Below, piece after piece: positions 63,201-64,000 of a stretch of 64,000 bases of DNA (positions are counted from its first letter, which is position 1; the number at the start of each line of letters is the position of its first letter). The stretch lies in contig LSRY02000010.1 of NCBI GenBank assembly GCA_001643675.2, positions 744,001-808,000 of the forward strand. The letters run 5' to 3'. A model generated the notes under the pieces. It was given only the letters and a program-made list of their open reading frames with translations, was not told the origin of the DNA and ran no database searches. The position numbers and the translations under genes were made by a program. The DNA comes from Monocercomonoides exilis PA203. Its lineage: Eukaryota > Protista > Preaxostyla.

Positions 63201-64000
63201 GATGGTGGAACATGATGCGATGCGGAAGAGTGTGCAGCAAGTTGTGTGAGAAATCAAAGGAAACAAAAGAAGAAGGCGGTTGAGTAGCATCTCTTGACAA
63301 GTTATGCCCCTTCGCCTGCTCTGATGTTTGATAAGAAGCAGAAGAAGTAGCCTTCTGAGGCACATGTAGAGGCTTGTGGTTGGACTCTGGAGAAATCGGA
63401 GGAAAAAACGAGAGAGGAATGAAGGCGATGGAGTTGTAGCTGACATCGAGGCGGCTGAGGAGCGGGCAGCATTTCAGCAGATCTGCTGGAAGAGTGGTGA
63501 GTCTGTTGTGTGCAAGTGTCAGTGTCTGCAGCTTGGCTGACTTCAGAAGAAGCGACGGGAACTCGGCGAGACGGTTGGAGGAGAGCTGGCAGATCACCAG
63601 GCTCAGCACCATCGGCTGGGTACAGCCGGCTGGAAGAAGAGGCTTGGAGTCTTCATCTTCATTGGAATCAATGTTATCTTCGTTGAAGGCATCATCATCA
63701 CTTCGGGGATTATTATTATTGTTGTTGTTGTTGTTATGATCATCATCTTCATCATCTTCTCCTACTTCTCTTTTGTCCGAAGATGAAGCAGAAGCGTGCT
63801 TCATAGCTGAGTTTCTCCCTTTCATTGCATTTCCAACAGAAAAACGTGAGGCATCTTCTGTAAAGTGACTATCTTCATCATCAACTTCGCAATGATCACA
63901 GCCTTCTCCTTCGTCTTCAATCTCTCCTTCTTCTTTTTCTCCCCATCTTTTGTCCATTTGCCTGCCAAACTCGTCAAATGCATCGTCATTCGTGTAGAAT
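54292..64000 (-). CDS. Leucine-rich-repeat + PP2C (PPM) phosphatase, PHLPP-like architecture, 5' end beyond the window edge
   Basis: LRRs (LSSNRLAEFP, LTLAHNRLTTLP, LDVSYNSIAFIP, FDFSHNLLHTLP) at ~63600-63220. PP2C motifs GQRSTMED, VFDGHRG, NIGDSR, LTIDHKP, RAMGD, GCDGLFD and SDNISIIVV. The frame stays open from 63957 to the window end. Confidence 0.88.
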   Translation of the reverse strand, partial: FYTNDDAFDEFGRQMDKRWGEKEEGEIEDEGEGCDHCEVDDEDSHFTEDASRFSVGNAMKGRNSAMKHASASSSDKREVGEDDEDDDHNNNNNNNNNPRSDDDAFNEDNIDSNEDEDSKPLLPAGCTQPMVLSLVICQLSSNRLAEFPSLLLKSAKLQTLTLAHNRLTTLPADLLKCCPLLSRLDVSYNSIAFIPLSFFPPISPESNHKPLHVPQKATSSASYQTSEQAKGHNLSRDATQPPSSFVSFDFSHNLLHTLPHRIMFHHPSLQPQAQMAPEMKSEEANNQNSSDNSNETEEGAENGNANLNAISSSPRNKSQIQPSSQSKQTQSLRLSQHLHLPYSDYLSSELESLIDGELKKTTLRKRVSTSANETEKLNSNLEIANQQATGSSLTQNTISSVATQHHSSSSSSSSSSSPSLSSFSFSFSTSPASATSAQSSSNPFTNTYATTITSAYTPSISHPSPSLSSSSPSSFSSQSHLPHSTPLPSTQPKKKSGFFSTLKDFFTSSTSSSLLSSRNSSQLNRGAHSVEERAAAEAAEILRRDEENKRREAEEARIKAEREKAKVVALRNFRRQYLPDSTGADDEDGSGCTKGKAQTSSFSSFSHSPSSTAQSQISSQNALFTPYIDVSFNYVGGVKWGREMDIYFESLEDLISERERLKKLTENKDKTSKTKHAKEDKELTENSSPRSSLVRHSPVSASSFGGEGRLNELSYDVSGTRYDILDLDDFEEERAEEERERKERGGMIVPTIAIHPYFHKNKQIYRAANAQTTTFGMASNSSSFSSSSTSSSSSVSTSSSAASLSPPPPPSSSAASVNTSFDDSEPSISSIIASLPYPLSSSSPLSIYRLRPRLSSLFLHSRTHQNLRLLSIAHTLPFTLRCSSSSVAPLFHPPFYCYAGAPLFEAEFIRQLLGRKEREINRKKMRNAYEKEQMNEREREREKEKDKGIEHEDSLKTEKDSTSKSKVDRVIHLESFDGGRTSLVIPSCEEWLLSGKVVADEEFLSSIQQMREAEEAGANAMRRSRRGDGSFCVEDEEEEERRKSELSVLNGSESEASKSASKKSRRARDTSSVASSSSSSSSSSSTSSSSSRSSKTFFRDQKDESKMTAKRKKCSKDDMVLFQEDEDYYFGSKNTTANKSLTPSISQSQASSSSSPQISSLISPQSASKPTKAPRSSLLATLEGMKRRKEEKKNTDSLSLYSSLTPERILTLMSAGDIAPADDKWFEEEVKDVDVVRGVEEEEYERKKERKEYLMKAKKEIDERLRRIKERKLREEREREAERMKNLPFYQQNAINTTSVGPNQTLQSTPQQTLAASYSSSSLSSSSPSSPSTPISSDNNQIVNALPSSPTSLSPSLSMCSLSPSSTCTPSPTHQMWHPVPSSSLPSSLSSASQRPFLCPHCFPEPKLSAIPSRIDRIEEEKAMQQKMEKMQKEEAEKEREELLEEEKENSEKEREKLEDEQKKALEQAEKKREAFVSYLKKKKTERSESNFKSGAKQRKVWMKENAESPLVVWMMKELSIRDDLYFDRQAVQFGSFADVFPNKGTFLAAEEGEDDNSENLSSSKEQQKKKKKKNKKKIAFKKNKNIRSKSEVKMRRRFSMFNLRAHFASSSTPLQKSMLFDEYLVKYKENLQTQQTNKEDTSSSASASSLISSANSSEAEVSQPSLPSPNTFASSSSKPHSHSHSSKSSHSKPSSSTTALSSSSTAVPTASSSSSSSSSASQNTTVIKQSPHPRQPLAQIHKKHSSHTLKPISIAHPHSTLSQNAAEIKRQKRKPAATQKRNSSLSPSSLVSTSSTASSSSSSSSLSSSPSSSSLLSHSISSEKKYEKGNGKEKKKSENEAKNAPTHSSPETTHEENEDDAEDQPTGVVASHPKASSKPAAKPSPPSSAKARLTISTSSPHSSAVARSSSSASSSSSSSSSVLQEPPCSPRPTLPSLLHHWVGCAETCGQRSTMEDSVLLLPVDGWDIEKLVCDGEVGILARILKYPQELRFTEKGMKALEDREAEIWARRMREKERRKKERMERKRKEWRRKREEGKKDQANSGQSYEETLDTDEFELVDETESLYTQKPASNETASLSEVPNSSSANRPSPNSQPLSTESKGIIPPIPYFDKKLKGCGIYGVFDGHRGSDTAMYLASHFAECFLSVCAAKGKKRRRMKRIKEEEEEDRIIEEEEKILENAAESNKNRDSLNVEKNKEEDEVRPMPLITENQLDAPSDSFEASPQEQPCQETTVDKKHENSSDKSAALSDETSNAPLNIQCHSEQSSSNSNDLPNKDPSEEIKKQPFLVRVLRRTFALLSAQLSLSAGLLDGACAALAVITPQRVFSLNIGDSRVVLVSRFVQMTRERMIDEKEKKQNKENEFEISEIVEGADKKVIEKNATDICEIDNKSKDDKCKQNIIYETKQTPFQNSLQNPKELQNQASSELEKKTVITENPKKNRIKTRTYFSTRLHSMFCPTLFHQCGTSILPPKPKICVSQDECRNRKSQERDAFDSKHCHSASVSASQDRSTSNRHTTDAAPSELCQASSHEQSTTQTLMKPFAIIPSTNPPTDTFSFDANDHLFQDTLRINSPPLTDFLSPPIWPSPHSKPEDNYSILKSPESQRSYDPNIQNASNYDEDQSCSISDCSGFNPHFSAFVCAKQLTIDHKPQLRRELNMIKSVGGFVSSDRRVGNILAVPRAMGDVDAQPSVSDEADVSIFSLSRWKGLHIGCAPASCEWVINAMGDKENDPKDKENGEKKKRRRENKGDSLYLDNGWSSSETEDYNESSTTEENIDTKKLKVKKNLKKEHHADKGHKFNNDKKDDRIEKLLQKKHIRHVKETEAKSSSFSTATTKLIVASQKKNETVFDDLPSDSLHVDGLSTSKNPSIAGTQATNETEISTYSDMNFTCSSSASAPYSVIIRQKSNPYSHFNHFSSFIPPLLSSALNSYLRPLAPLPSELHDVLPLRPQFALPISHSNYFPQKNYEASSKDTCDINSSNSKKADRRYQDSLSSQSEKITHQNLQAKQCRYTNSSFRVEKVIKREDVAIVIGCDGLFDVASNELIAELVCPWMANGDHGAFEDPLFDDDQYDMNRDDSSMENEGEERSNALYEDSDGTVEYIDDDETEQVGSNYSCSKDSKIDFKLAPSAKNTNEEQFEPILVPESTNENGGKMPNCEQSFHFHEQSDDLNICKDASKRKSESRRTFRQSKQFRCRCNRVSKGKLAELGALRLRSSAESLDSSDNISIIVVFL

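Noticed and set aside
1-64000. Non-standard genetic code (TAA/TAG = Gln, as in some oxymonads)
   Set aside because: Multi-kb ORFs contain no in-frame TAA/TAG, and conserved genes end at TAA (ABCC, PP2C).
54292-64000. Fungal-type adenylate cyclase (LRR-PP2C-cyclase)
   Set aside because: The ORF ends immediately after the last PP2C strand (DNISIIVVFL*), with no cyclase domain following.

Overview
Eukaryotic, intron-containing DNA with AT-rich intergenic regions, the standard genetic code and many Ser-rich and Glu/Lys-rich low-complexity insertions. The gene families and composition resemble an anaerobic metamonad such as the oxymonad Monocercomonoides; this is an inference, not verified. Left to right: an NSUN2/Trm4 tRNA m5C methyltransferase (-, runs off the left edge); a small divergent membrane-protein gene; a ~470-bp near-palindromic foldback element; a decayed surface-protein pseudogene bracketed by inverted repeats built from self-palindromic 19-20-bp units; a TBC1D5-like Rab-GAP; a ~19-kb, ~6,000-aa kinase-domain gene (catalytic HRD replaced by HGN) with a 12.3-kb Ser-rich exon and a helical C-terminus; a TmcB/TmcC-type multi-pass membrane protein ending in a hemerythrin-like di-iron domain (the best novelty candidate: a possible membrane O2/NO/iron sensor); an ABCC/MRP transporter; two apparently intact copies and one decayed copy of an expanded helical-repeat family; and an LRR + PP2C phosphatase (-, runs off the right edge) whose catalytic motifs are spread over ~1,300 aa. 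No rRNA, tRNA or CRISPR array was seen. All exon boundaries were inferred by eye from splice signals and reading-frame continuity.
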